64,000 bases of DNA from an uncultured cyanobacterium (GTDB taxonomy: Bacteria > Cyanobacteriota > Cyanobacteriia > Cyanobacteriales > Nostocaceae). The stretch covers positions 1,504,001 through 1,568,000 of the forward strand of contig CAVUDP010000001.1 in assembly GCA_963740315.1 (NCBI GenBank), written 5' to 3'. Numbering within the stretch: the first letter of the stretch is position 1; the number at the start of each line of letters is the position of its first letter. Below the pieces are notes generated by a model. It did not search any database and had not been told where the DNA came from. It was given only the letters and a program-made list of their open reading frames with translations. This document shows, piece after piece, positions 11,280 through 21,840 of the stretch. Both the position numbers and the translations under genes were made by a program.

Positions 11280-13114
11280 ATGAAAACAACTAATTCGGGA
11301 ATTAAACTACAGACAACAACACCACCAACTTTACAGATTGAAAGACTAACAGATTTAATGAAGTCGCAATCTGGGCTGATACTTATAGGTTGTTTTTCGG
11401 CGATCGCAATCTTTAAGCTCCTATCCGGTAGCAATCATAAAGGTAAAGTCGCAACCAGTTACTGGGGTGGTAAGCGCGAGAAACAAAAGGCTAAACATAA
11501 AGCTAAAAAGCAGATGGCTAAACCAATCCGCAACTCAGTAGCACTTTATGTCGGTACTCCGCCCCATGTGCGATCGCGAATCGAAAAACAGTGGTATGCT
11601 GCTGGGTTATTAAAAACTAAACCTACGTTCACTCAACAACTGCATAGGTGGAAAGAGCCAGATAGAACGTTATATTTTCCTGATGCTCAAAGAGGAATTT
11701 CTGCCATCGGTGCAGCAGGTTCGGGTAAAACGTTCTCAGTTATAGACCCCTTGCTCCGCAGCGCTTTTGACCAAGGATTCCCGATGTGCCTTTATGATTT
11801 CAAGTACCCGGCGCAGACGGTTCGCGAGCTGTGGCTTATGCAATGAAACGTGGCTATAAGGTGCGGGTGTTTGCGCCGGGATTCCCCGAAAGCGAAACTT
11901 GTAATCCTTTGGATTTACTAAAAGATGAGGAAGACGCGATCGCAGCCGGACAATTGACGCACGTTATTTCTCGTAATTTTGACCGCAATAACAATAGTAG
12001 CGATAAATTCTTTGAAGAAGCTGGCGATAGTTTAGTTGAAGGTATTTTATTGGTAACAAAGGCAGTTAAAACTTTAACTGGGGATGATAAATATTGCGAT
12101 TTGATGATGGCACAAGCAATTTTATCTTTACCAAATTTGGCTGCACGTATGGAAGCTGCTTCCAAAGATAAACTCAAAGTTTGGACTTCTCGTCCGCTTT
12201 CTCAACTTATTAGCGTTAAAGATTCTGAAAAAACAGCAGTGTCGATTATTGGTACCGCACAAAGAATGTTTCAGCGTTTTCTCAAACGCGACTTTGTAGG
12301 TGCATTTTGTGGCAAAACAACGCTACCGCTTGATTTAGATGGAAAGCAGTTAATTGTATTTGGGCTGGATAGAAATAACCGAGATATTGTTGGTCCCTTA
12401 CTTGCGGCTATATTGCATATGATTGTCACCCGCAATGTATCGCGTACCGTGCCGCGTTCCGATCCCTTAATTGTGGCATTAGATGAGTTACCAACTTTAT
12501 ACTTACCAGCATTAGTAAATTGGCTTAACGAAAATAGAGAAGATGGGTTTGTAGGGATTTTAGGATATCAGAATATTGCTCAGTTGGAGAAAGTCTACGG
12601 TAAAGAACTGACAAGAGCTATTTTGGGAGGTACTGCAACTAAGTTTATATTTAACCCACAAGACCCCGAATCTGCAAAGTTGTTCAGCGATTATCTGGGA
12701 GAAATGGAGATTCAGTTTAATTCTAAATCTCGCAGTATGGGCAAAGGGGGAGGCTCTCGCAGTACTAACGAACATCATCAGAAGAGACATCTATTAGAAC
12801 CCGCTCAATTTGCAAAGATGGGTACTGGGAGGGCAGTAATTATTAATCCAGCTTACCAGAGGGGTACGGAAGCTTATGTCCCCTTGTTGCAAAAAATAAA
12901 AGTTCCTTTATCTGACATTGTGCAGATGAATCTTGCTGAGGAAAAATGGGAATTTGTACGAGAAAGACTGGTTCAGAATAACAGAGTACAAATTAGTGAT
13001 TCGGAACGTTCTAATCAGTTTTTAGAACGTGTTCATTTAGCAGAAAAATTATTTCCATTACCTGAGAAACCTGGTACTTTACCCTCTCCTCAAGAGCTTG
13101 CAAGCGTGTTTTAA
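11280..13114 (+). CDS. virD4: Type IV coupling protein VirD4/TraG, frameshifted near 11820
   Basis: Walker A GAAGSGKT and YDFKYP in the first ORF; ALDELP and GYQNIAQL in the second ORF. Confidence 0.85.
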
Positions 13115-13174
13115 ATGAGATGTTGAGGGCATTCTATTACTTTCGGCGGAATCAAAAATATTGATAATAAAAAA

Positions 13175-13492
13175 ATGCAAACACTACAAACAAACTGGAG
13201 TACAGAGGTTTCATCTCTTTTAAAGAAGTATCCGAAATGGCAGAAAATGTTGATGTCCGCTATTGATAAATCGAAATTAGATACAGGCTATTGTCCTTTC
13301 GTTATAGAAATATTTGACCAATATGGTTTATTGGCTGGCAGAATCAATAAATTTGGATGCTACGAATGCGCGAGAAATAGTAATCAGGAGAGCCAATTTA
13401 TAGCTTGGATGTTTGATGGAGAGTTAGCGATTTTTTATGTAGATTCACAGATACTTCTAAATCGTATACCAGCACAATTCGTGTTAATGTGA
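13175..13492 (+). CDS. Hypothetical protein
   Basis: 105-aa ORF, co-oriented and overlapping the next gene. Confidence 0.55.
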   Translation: MQTLQTNWSTEVSSLLKKYPKWQKMLMSAIDKSKLDTGYCPFVIEIFDQYGLLAGRINKFGCYECARNSNQESQFIAWMFDGELAIFYVDSQILLNRIPAQFVLM

Positions 13493-14896
13493 TGAGCGAT
13501 ATATTTACTTTAAACTCTGGTGATGCAACTGCGATGCAACAGCATTACGAACGAATAATTGAAACTTTGTTAAGGACGTTATTGAATGACAAGCATTCAG
13601 GAGAGAACCAGCGGCAAGACTTGAAAATATTTGATGGCGATAGGTTGGTTTACGGACGAGAGAATAATCAATTTCGAGATGAAGTTTCTGGGATATCGGG
13701 ACAGCTTTTAAATCCTCAACTTATTACAGAACTTCAACAATTACGCTCTACTCCTGTTGGTGATGTCGTAGAAGGAGCAATTAATAAAAGAGTTGAATTA
13801 AACGGACAAGTTATTCTACAGAGTGATGAGAGTGGTAAAGTACTTGTTAATAATTTTTTAGAAGCTGAATCAAATCATAGTCAAAGTAAATCAGAAGCAG
13901 CCAAAACCAATAGTCAAGTTTACGAACGGCAAGACTCGAAGCAAATTCATGAAAGCAACTTTCTAAATAATGGCTATAATACTCAAAAATCTGAAATTAA
14001 AAATGATAAAACTTTACCATTAACGAATGGCTCAACGCGAGTTAAAGATTCACTTCAAGTTTTAGAAGATAGTCCTTTAAAGAATATTCTCTTATCTGAA
14101 GTTGAACAGTTAAGAACTGAGTTGAAGGCATTACAGCAAGAACGTAGTTTTTACAAAGAGTTAATCGAACAAAGATTACAGCAACCCAAAAATACTTCAT
14201 GGTGGCAGCAAGCCATTAATAATGTTTCGACTGTGGTTCAAAGCTTAACTTCTGCGATTAAACTAGGGATGCGAGAATTCAAAGAGGATTCTGTACAACA
14301 TAAAGGTGCTGCATCTTTAAAAACTTTATTTCATCTCCAAACACAACCTGGAGCAGATCAATATACTGCCGGTAAGTATCAAATTTCTCGTCAAGGCTCC
14401 TTATATGAAGTATCTAGTTCTTCAACGGGTAAATTGTTAATGCAGTTCCGTTCAACTCCTTTAGGTTTGAAAGTTGAGAAAGGTAATTTGGATAATACAC
14501 AAATTCAAGACATTAGTACACTACAACATTCTATGCAAGAAAAATGAATCTCTACCTACAACATTCACGCCTGTAGGTAAGCAGGAAGCCGAATATTTCT
14601 CTCGTGTAGAAACAGTAACGTCGGCTTTGGTACAGTATGCTATCGCTCAACAGAAAGAAGTTGAAATAGATGGTGTTTTTTCTTATAAATGGACAGCTAG
14701 CCCAGAAGGTAGCGTAAATATTGAAGCGAAAGATGGACGCGGTACATTGTTAGAAAAGGATGGGGGAAAGCTAAAAAGTAATATGAGTCAGAAAGATTTA
14801 ACGTATTTTGAACAAATACTGCCAAAGCTACAACCTAGACAACAAAATTTAGTTTTACCAGAATCTAAGAATAATCAAGGCATTGAATTAGTTTAG
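13489..14896 (+). CDS. Hypothetical coiled-coil plasmid protein, frameshifted at an A-run near 14540
   Basis: ORFs 13489-14547 and 14474-14896 join at caagaaaaatgaat (..MQE/KNESLP..). Confidence 0.6.
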
Positions 14897-14914
14897 TAGG
14901 AGCGTAGATTACCA

Positions 14915-16516
14915 ATGGAATTATCTTATTTGAATTTATTGATTGATTCAGGTGTTCCCTTCTTTAACATAACGACTTCAACAAGGGAACGTATGAGTGT
15001 TTTAGAGTGGATTTACCACAATTGTGCGGAACCAAAAAGCATTCCTGTTTATTTATGGAATTCTGGCTGGGGATGTTTTGAACAAGTAAATTATACTTCG
15101 GAAAAAAAAATAGGTTTTTCAGTCATACATAATTCGGATTTATGTAACTGTAAACAAGATATATTTTCTGCTTTCGATTTTTTGGATAATCATAAGGCAG
15201 AAGGAATATTTATATTTGAAAACTTGTTATCTTTAGAAAATACCGCATCAAATTCAGATAAATTATTTTCTCATAAGCTAGTATCGCAAATAGTTAATAT
15301 CTACTATGAATTAGAAAATAACGATTGTTTTAAAAAAATAATCATTTTGACTACTGATAATATCGAGATGCCTTCCTCTCTATCTAGTTTAATACCTACT
15401 TTGTTCAATCCATTACCTTTGGGCAAGGATATTGCTGATTTATTACAAAAAAAATTACCATGTTTGATAAATGAAAATGATATATCAACTTTAGTAAATG
15501 CAGTAATAGGTTTGACTCTCGAAGAAATTCGTAATGGTTTAGCAATTGCATCTAGTTCTTGCTTTTTATCAAATATTAATGAATTATCTAAACAACTTCT
15601 AGCTTATAAAATGAATCGGTTTCGCTCTTTCAATTTGAATTTTGTTTCAAAGCCAAGCGTACCTGATTTTGGCGGTTTAGATTTATTCAAGAAGTTCATC
15701 CAACAAGCAAAACTGGATTTTTTGATCCAAGCAAGAGATAACAATATCCCTCTTCCCAAGGGATGCTTATTAGTGGGACCACCCGGAACTGGTAAAACAC
15801 TTGCTGCAAATGTTTGTGCCCTAATACTAGGTTTTCCTCTTGTTAGCGTCGATACCGCTGCGGTTATGAGCGGTGGTGCAACTTATTTAAAGCGCACCTT
15901 AGAAAGAGTGGAGGCTTGCGCTCCTGTGGTGCTTTACTTTGATGAATTGGATAAACTGTTTTTTAATTCTACGGACGACGGCTCCAGTATTCATTCGACG
16001 GAGATTTTAGGAACTTTGCTAACTTGGTTACAGGATAAAAATACCTCAGTGTTTGTCGTTGCCACTCTTAACCGACTTGATGCGTTACCACCAGAATTAA
16101 CCAGGATGGGAAGATTTGATGAAATATTTTATGTGGGATTCCCTCAAGCTTACGAGCGTAAGGAAATTTTGATGATGCATTTGGCAAGATTTGATAAGCG
16201 CTATAAGGATAGTGATGTGCTTACACAAAAGGAATGGCGGATTATTCTCAATAAAACTGTTAATTGTACTGGTGCGGAATTAGCTCGAATGGTGGAGAAG
16301 GCTGCACGCAAATTATTTCATCAAGGACTACATATGAATATTGGTTTAAAAGAATTCTTAGAACAGCGGGATTCGATGGTGCCGTTGTATGTCAGGGACA
16401 CTGATAGAATTTTGGCGATCGCCAACCGTGCTAAATATTTTGCACAGCCTGCTAGTAGTGAAGATACATCGGAGTTTGCACCTGTAATTACTTCCTTTTG
16501 GGGCGACGCAGGATGA
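14915..16516 (+). CDS. AAA+ ATPase (Ycf46-like)
   Basis: GPPGTGKT, LYFDE, ATLN..LPPEL.R.GRFDE second region of homology. Confidence 0.85.
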   Translation: MELSYLNLLIDSGVPFFNITTSTRERMSVLEWIYHNCAEPKSIPVYLWNSGWGCFEQVNYTSEKKIGFSVIHNSDLCNCKQDIFSAFDFLDNHKAEGIFIFENLLSLENTASNSDKLFSHKLVSQIVNIYYELENNDCFKKIIILTTDNIEMPSSLSSLIPTLFNPLPLGKDIADLLQKKLPCLINENDISTLVNAVIGLTLEEIRNGLAIASSSCFLSNINELSKQLLAYKMNRFRSFNLNFVSKPSVPDFGGLDLFKKFIQQAKLDFLIQARDNNIPLPKGCLLVGPPGTGKTLAANVCALILGFPLVSVDTAAVMSGGATYLKRTLERVEACAPVVLYFDELDKLFFNSTDDGSSIHSTEILGTLLTWLQDKNTSVFVVATLNRLDALPPELTRMGRFDEIFYVGFPQAYERKEILMMHLARFDKRYKDSDVLTQKEWRIILNKTVNCTGAELARMVEKAARKLFHQGLHMNIGLKEFLEQRDSMVPLYVRDTDRILAIANRAKYFAQPASSEDTSEFAPVITSFWGDAG

Positions 16517-16538
16517 AATGATAACTAGCCCTAATAAC

Positions 16539-16886
16539 CTATACCGCTTGTATTAATGAAGCAGATTCAGTTTTCGCTTGATTTTCTACTAGGGAATTAG
16601 CAATTAAAGTTAATACTTCGGATTTACACTCTACTGACATAGAATTAATAAGCGAACGTAAATCAACTGTGTCTAGCATTGACTCCCCATTTATGCAGGA
16701 AAAGTAGTAAATCCTAGCTTCTGAAGGCAAAGCGGCTATCAAGTTGAAAAGAGTTTCAGCCATCAAATCTTTACCGTTCCGAAACTGGCTAATCTGACGC
16801 TCCTGCACCCCACTTTTCTGAGCTAGGACTTTTGCCTGAATACCGAATTTTTTTAATGTCTGGTTAAAAGCTTCTCTATAATGCAT
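16539..16886 (-). CDS. XRE/Cro-type HTH transcriptional regulator
   Basis: LAQKSGVQERQISQFRNGK helix-turn-helix. Confidence 0.8.
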   Translation of the reverse strand: MHYREAFNQTLKKFGIQAKVLAQKSGVQERQISQFRNGKDLMAETLFNLIAALPSEARIYYFSCINGESMLDTVDLRSLINSMSVECKSEVLTLIANSLVENQAKTESASLIQAV

Positions 16887-16901
16887 TTTTATATATAAAA
16901 G

Positions 16902-16926
16902 TACAATTTATGCTAATTAAATTGTA
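16902..16926. promoter_or_regulatory. Candidate operator: 9-bp inverted repeat TACAATTTA-N7-TAAATTGTA
   Basis: Perfect inverted repeat just upstream of the HTH gene in a divergent promoter region. Confidence 0.4.
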
Positions 16927-17166
16927 TTATTAATCTATAAGCACAAAAGCCTAGATACAAGGCGGATAGTTTAATCCTACCAGATTAATCCGGTTGCGAC
17001 TTAATGTTCTGCCTCCGTCAATAAATTTACTGTGAAACTCTCAAACCTTCACAATACCAGGTTAAATCGTTGATATCTATCTAGCAATATCTTTGTTCCT
17101 ACTTCTATTTAATAAGTGTGTTTGCTCTTGGCTCGTAGAGAATTCATTAGTAAGGAAGATATAAAA

Positions 17167-19261
17167 ATGACAACTCTTTTTGACATTGAATTATATCAGG
17201 ACTTTGAAAAACAAAGTTGTCAAGGCGACTGGGATAAAGTTTTTTATGACCCTGCTTGGGACGAATTAAGCTATCTTCCCGAAATTGAGCAAAACAAAGT
17301 TTTGGGAGAGGAAGAGGAAACTTTATCCCCGCAGAACAAACATTCCGAGGCACGATCTGATTCAAAATTGTCTGAATCGATAACGCTCCAATCGGCGGAT
17401 GCAGAAAAATTAACTTCAACTTATATAGGCTCGATCCAACAATCAAAAGATAAAGACCTTACATTAAAAGCAATCAGCTTGTGGCAGCCTTATTGCTATG
17501 CAGATTACTTTGGGTTTAAAAAAGTATGAGACTAGAAGTTGGAAAACCAACTATAGAGGCAAACTATTAATTTGCTCTACAGGCAAGCTTACTAAAAAGC
17601 AATATCAACAGTATCTAAAGATTGGTAATAGCCTCGAATTACCAGTTTGGAGCGAAATTAATTTTCCGTGTGGGAAGGCGATCGCCATTTGCGATTTAGT
17701 AGATTGCATCCCCATAACACCATCGTTTATTGCTCAACAGTCAGAAACAGAAGTACTCTGCGGTGATTGGGAAGTTGGACGTTATGCATGGAAGTTAAAA
17801 AATATTCAACCAATAACAGAACCGTTTGCTGTTAAAGGTAAACAAGGACTGTTTAATATCTGTGTTGATACTCTCTTATCCAATTGTGAAGTAGCAGAAT
17901 TAATAAAGGCTAAGGAAACAACTATTCCTATTCCACCAGAAGATTACTTAAAGTCGAAGGTAGGGGGAAAAGAAATTACATCGGTAAACTTAGAGCGGGA
18001 AGGGAGTAAAGAATCATTATCCTCAGACGAATGGTATACTCCACCTCATATTTTTGAGCTTGTGCTTCAAATGCTGGGAAAGATTGATCTTGACCCGTGC
18101 GCGGATGATGGAAAACAGATACCTGCAACACTGCACTACACCGCGATGGATGATGGATTAATTAGAGAGTGGGAAGGGCGCGTATTTATGAATCCTCCTT
18201 ATTCCAAACCAAGTGTGTGGATGAATAAGCTGCAAGCTGAGATTGAATCGGGACGGGTAACGGAAGCTATCGCGCTTGTTCCCGCCGCTACTGATACTAA
18301 ATGGTTATCTCCATTTTTAAAATCTCAACCCGTTTGTTTTTGGACTGGTCGAATCAAGTTCCTCGATACTAATTACAAGCCAAGATTATCAGCACGGCAA
18401 GCGCATTGTCTTTTGTACTGGGGTAAGAATTGGCAAAGGTTTAAGGAAATATTTAACTCTCATGGTGTGGTTTATCCGCCAGCATCTATTTCCGTGAACA
18501 AGAATGTCGCTACTCAAAATGCACTACTACCTGTTGAGCGAACCAGTAGTACTCACTTGGAAGAACATTCAACATCGGTACTAATGGCTAACTCAACCGT
18601 TAGTACTCAAGAGCAAGCGGAAATAGACCCGGTACTAATGGTTAACTCAACCTTTAGTACTCAAGAGCAAGCGGAAATAGAACCAGTACTAATGGTTAAC
18701 TCAACCGTTAGTACTCAAGAGCAAGCAGAAACAGAACCAGTACTAATGGTTCACTCAACCGTTAGTACTCAAGAGCAAGCAGAAACAGAACCAGTACTAA
18801 TGGTTCACTCAACCGTTAGTACTCAAGAGCAAGCAGAAACAGAACCAGTACTAATGGTTCACTCAACCGTTAGTACTCAAGAGCAAGCAGAAATAGAACC
18901 AGTACTAATGGTTAACTCAACCGTTAGTACTCAAGAGCAAGCAGAAATAGAACCAGTACTAATGGTTCACTCAACCGTTAGTACTCAAGAGCAAGCAGAA
19001 ATAGAACCAGTACTAATGGTTCACTCAACCGTTAGTACTAAAAGAAGAGACCGAGGAGAAGGTACGGGTAGAATTCAGGTACGAACTATTACTAAGAAAA
19101 ATGGTAAACAGTACCAACAGGCTTGGTATGACTGGCAGCTAAAAAGTGGTGAAAAAATAATTTCTAAAAGTACTTACATTCCCAAGCGATTATTGCCCCA
19201 GGTGCAGAGATTGGAAGCGGGTAAAGCACCAGTGAGACAAATTCTAAATTTATTAGATTAA
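17167..19261 (+). CDS. ASCH domain + phage-type DNA N6-adenine methyltransferase + repeat region + basic C-terminal domain, frameshifted near 17497
   Basis: KAISLWQP/..GLKKYETRSW..YRG (ASCH); DEWYTP, DLDPC, FMNPPY (Dam-like MTase). Confidence 0.8.
18578..19039 (+). repeat. Intragenic 54-bp tandem repeat, 8 full copies plus a partial copy
   Basis: Unit encodes VLMV(H/N)STVSTQEQAE(I/T)EP. Confidence 0.95.
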
Positions 19262-19270
19262 AAACATAAA

Positions 19271-19463
19271 CCTAGAAGAATAGGTCAATCATTCAGAAGC
19301 TGAGTTGTGCTTACGTAAATGTGGATATTGGTTATCATTAAAAGGAAAACCACAAACGCGAAACGTTGAAAGCGTTACAGTTTATTTGCCGCGCCAACAG
19401 CTATTTACAGTGAATGCCGTAAAAAATCTTATGGAGCAGGTTGAAGCAAGAGGTCGATTATGA
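19271..19463 (+). pseudogene. C-terminal remnant of a DUF4365-like protein
   Basis: Manual translation LEE*VNHSEAELCLRKCGYWLSLKGKPQTRNVESVTVYLPRQQLFT...; no start; in-frame TAG; ends overlapping the next ATG. Confidence 0.55.
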
Positions 19464-20003
19464 AAGCAATCGTTAATGATATTGAAATACTTAACTCTTT
19501 AGAACCATGTCAAGTTGAAAGTTATTTAAAGTCTAAAGGATGGCATGAAAGGACTCGCGTACCCAATGAAGTGTCGGGATGGACTAGAGATACTTTCTCC
19601 GACGACAAAATCAAAATTTATTTACCATTAGACCCTAGTTTTGATGACTACCCGCGCCGTATGTATGAAGTTATGGAAATTTTAGAAAAAGTAGAGAATC
19701 GTTCTCAGCTTGATATCCACCAGCGAACTTATTACTATTATTCATAACGTTACCGTTCAAGGTTTTGTGATACAAATTGACGAACCATTGTCGGAACATT
19801 TGGATGGTGAAGTAACCTTGATGGGTGTAGTAGTTAATAAACTAAGAAAAATAAAAACTGAATTAAAAAACCACGATTATATTTTAGCAATTAAGGCTTA
19901 TCAAGAACGCTTAACAATCACTTCTCAAGGCGATTTGATTAAAGATAATGATGCTTTTATTTTAAAAAAACCATCTAATATAACTTTAAAAAATCTTGAA
20001 TAA
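19460..20003 (+). CDS. Hypothetical protein (usual DUF4365 partner), frameshifted near 19718
   Basis: YLKSKGW..LPLD..FDDYPRR..LEKVENRS; the two ORFs join at QLDI/SELITII. Confidence 0.55.
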
Positions 20004-20101
20004 CACTATTAACAAATAATAGCTACTTCAAGCACGTCATTTTTAATCTTTAAGCTCTTCAAAAATACCATGCTACTTTTCTATCAATAATTTACAAATC
20101 A

Positions 20102-20953
20102 CTAAAAACCACTAGACAGAACCTTCTCAACCCTCGTCGGAATATTCTCTTCCGCACAAGCTTTCAAAACCTTAATAGCAGTTTTATTGCTCTTCTTCGC
20201 GAAATACTCCCATATTCTGAGCCAATCATTACAACTAAAAGTATGCACTTGTACTACTCCAAGTTCAGTAATAAATCGACATTCGATAGCTTGGTGAGAT
20301 ATCCCCATTTTAGAGAGCATTCTGGCTTTTTTAGGTGAATTGTCCATCAACCAATCATAATTCATTTCAATACACTGCAATCCCTGTGCATATGAAATCC
20401 TATATTCTCCAGTTGCTAACACCAGAATTTCCAAATTAATCTCATCATCAAGTTGAATTTGAATTGGATTTGCTCTTTTTACTAAAGAACTACTTTTAAA
20501 AAAGCAGGGATTTGGTAAAACAAAGTCTTTCTGTGATTGAAAATTTAATCCGTCTATAAAATCTTCCCATTCTTCACGACATAGAGATAATCGATGATGC
20601 TTTAATTTACCTCCTTCGAGAAGGTGCTGTAAATAAGTTGCGATTGCGGGTAAAGTAATTGCATTAATAACAACTTGAGAAGGAATTCTGACATCTATTG
20701 TTTCTAAATTATTGGATTGCACAAAATCTATAACATCCGCTTTCGATTGTCCTACTAATCGTGCGGTTTGACGAGCGCTCATTACTTTCGTACCGTCTGG
20801 AAGTCGATAAGTCGTCCAATAATGATGTCTCCATCGCCATCTAGATAAAGTTGTGTTTGGTATTTTTAAATTACGATTTGGATAAACAATTCTTTTTGAA
20901 CGGTTACTTTCTACTGGTTTCAGAGTATTAGATAGATTCATATTTTGTGACAA
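20102..20953 (-). CDS. Hypothetical protein with two tandem DNA-binding-like domains
   Basis: 283-aa ORF; YRLPDG..MS and LATGEYRIS repeats resemble KilA-N/P63C-like starts. Confidence 0.5.
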   Translation of the reverse strand: MSQNMNLSNTLKPVESNRSKRIVYPNRNLKIPNTTLSRWRWRHHYWTTYRLPDGTKVMSARQTARLVGQSKADVIDFVQSNNLETIDVRIPSQVVINAITLPAIATYLQHLLEGGKLKHHRLSLCREEWEDFIDGLNFQSQKDFVLPNPCFFKSSSLVKRANPIQIQLDDEINLEILVLATGEYRISYAQGLQCIEMNYDWLMDNSPKKARMLSKMGISHQAIECRFITELGVVQVHTFSCNDWLRIWEYFAKKSNKTAIKVLKACAEENIPTRVEKVLSSGF

Positions 20954-21302
20954 TTAATTTAGAAAAAATGCTTTTAGCGTTCTTCCATCTAACCGTTTTA
21001 ACAATTTCGTATAATAACTAGATTGTTATCTTCTCTTACTGTTTTTTAGTAGATACACCCGTTTATATTATTTCAAATTTTGTTGATTTTATATTTGTCG
21101 TTGTCAGCAACACGAATCAGAAATAATTAGCTTTTGATATGCTATTAAACACTGACTTAACTGTAGCTTAAGTTAATATGAATAAACCAATGCTACATAA
21201 ATATTTAAATATTACACTTCGATTTATTGTTTATATTTTTACTTTCAAAATAAATATTTTTTGACCTATTTTGACACAAATTTGATGTGAGAAAAGACAA
21301 AA

Positions 21303-21347
21303 TAACGGTCAATAACTATTAATCCCTTCAATAGCTATCGACCGTTA
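21303..21347. terminator. Stem-loop downstream of the relaxase/TPR genes
   Basis: TAACGGTC..AATAACTATT / AATAGCTATC..GACCGTTA inverted repeat. Confidence 0.5.
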
Positions 21348-21360
21348 ATATAGTAAAACC

Positions 21361-21840
21361 TTAATTATTAGTGTATTTCAAAATTAAATCTACATTTTTA
21401 GCTTCTTGCTTTTTACCTTGCTGTAAATAAAGGGTTTTAGCATGGCGAAGAGATTTTTTACCTTCTGCGATATTTTTCTGGCAGATTAGACTCATACCTT
21501 GCCCTTGGTAGCCTAAAGCGATGTCAGAATCAAGAGAAATTGCTTTTTTAAACGACTTTTGTGCGTTCTTGCAATTAGCTAGATGCTGTACATTTTTATT
21601 TTGTTGAAATGGTGATATTTCATTCATCAGTTCGTAACCCCGTTCAACGTATTCCTGTGCCGTTTCAGGTTGCTTCTTATTCTCGGGTTTTTGAAAATTT
21701 TCCGTTACCGATTTGAACCAAATGTCAACACCTATTATCACTCCTAACAAAGCAAATCCTAATGTGTAGGATAAGGGATTATTGCTCATCAAGAATGACA
21801 ATATTGTCATTTCATTGCGTTCTCTATTCCAACGTGGCAT
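21361..21840 (-). CDS. Membrane-anchored TPR protein
   Basis: TM helix then TPR-like helices (YVERG..FKKAISLD..GYQGQG). Confidence 0.65.
   Translation of the reverse strand: MPRWNRERNEMTILSFLMSNNPLSYTLGFALLGVIIGVDIWFKSVTENFQKPENKKQPETAQEYVERGYELMNEISPFQQNKNVQHLANCKNAQKSFKKAISLDSDIALGYQGQGMSLICQKNIAEGKKSLRHAKTLYLQQGKKQEAKNVDLILKYTNN

Noticed and set aside
5170..11840. Programmed ribosomal frameshifting in virB6-like and virD4
   Set aside because: No slippery heptamer or stimulatory structure; similar indels are scattered through unrelated genes
18684..18700. Cyanobacterial LexA box in the repeat (AGTACTAATGGTT)
   Set aside because: Resembles RGTAC-N3-DGTWCB but the half-site spacing is off by one, and it is intragenic
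18578..19039. CRISPR array (palindromic 31-nt repeats with spacers)
   Set aside because: Spacers are near-identical, the array is in frame inside a CDS, and no cas genes are present
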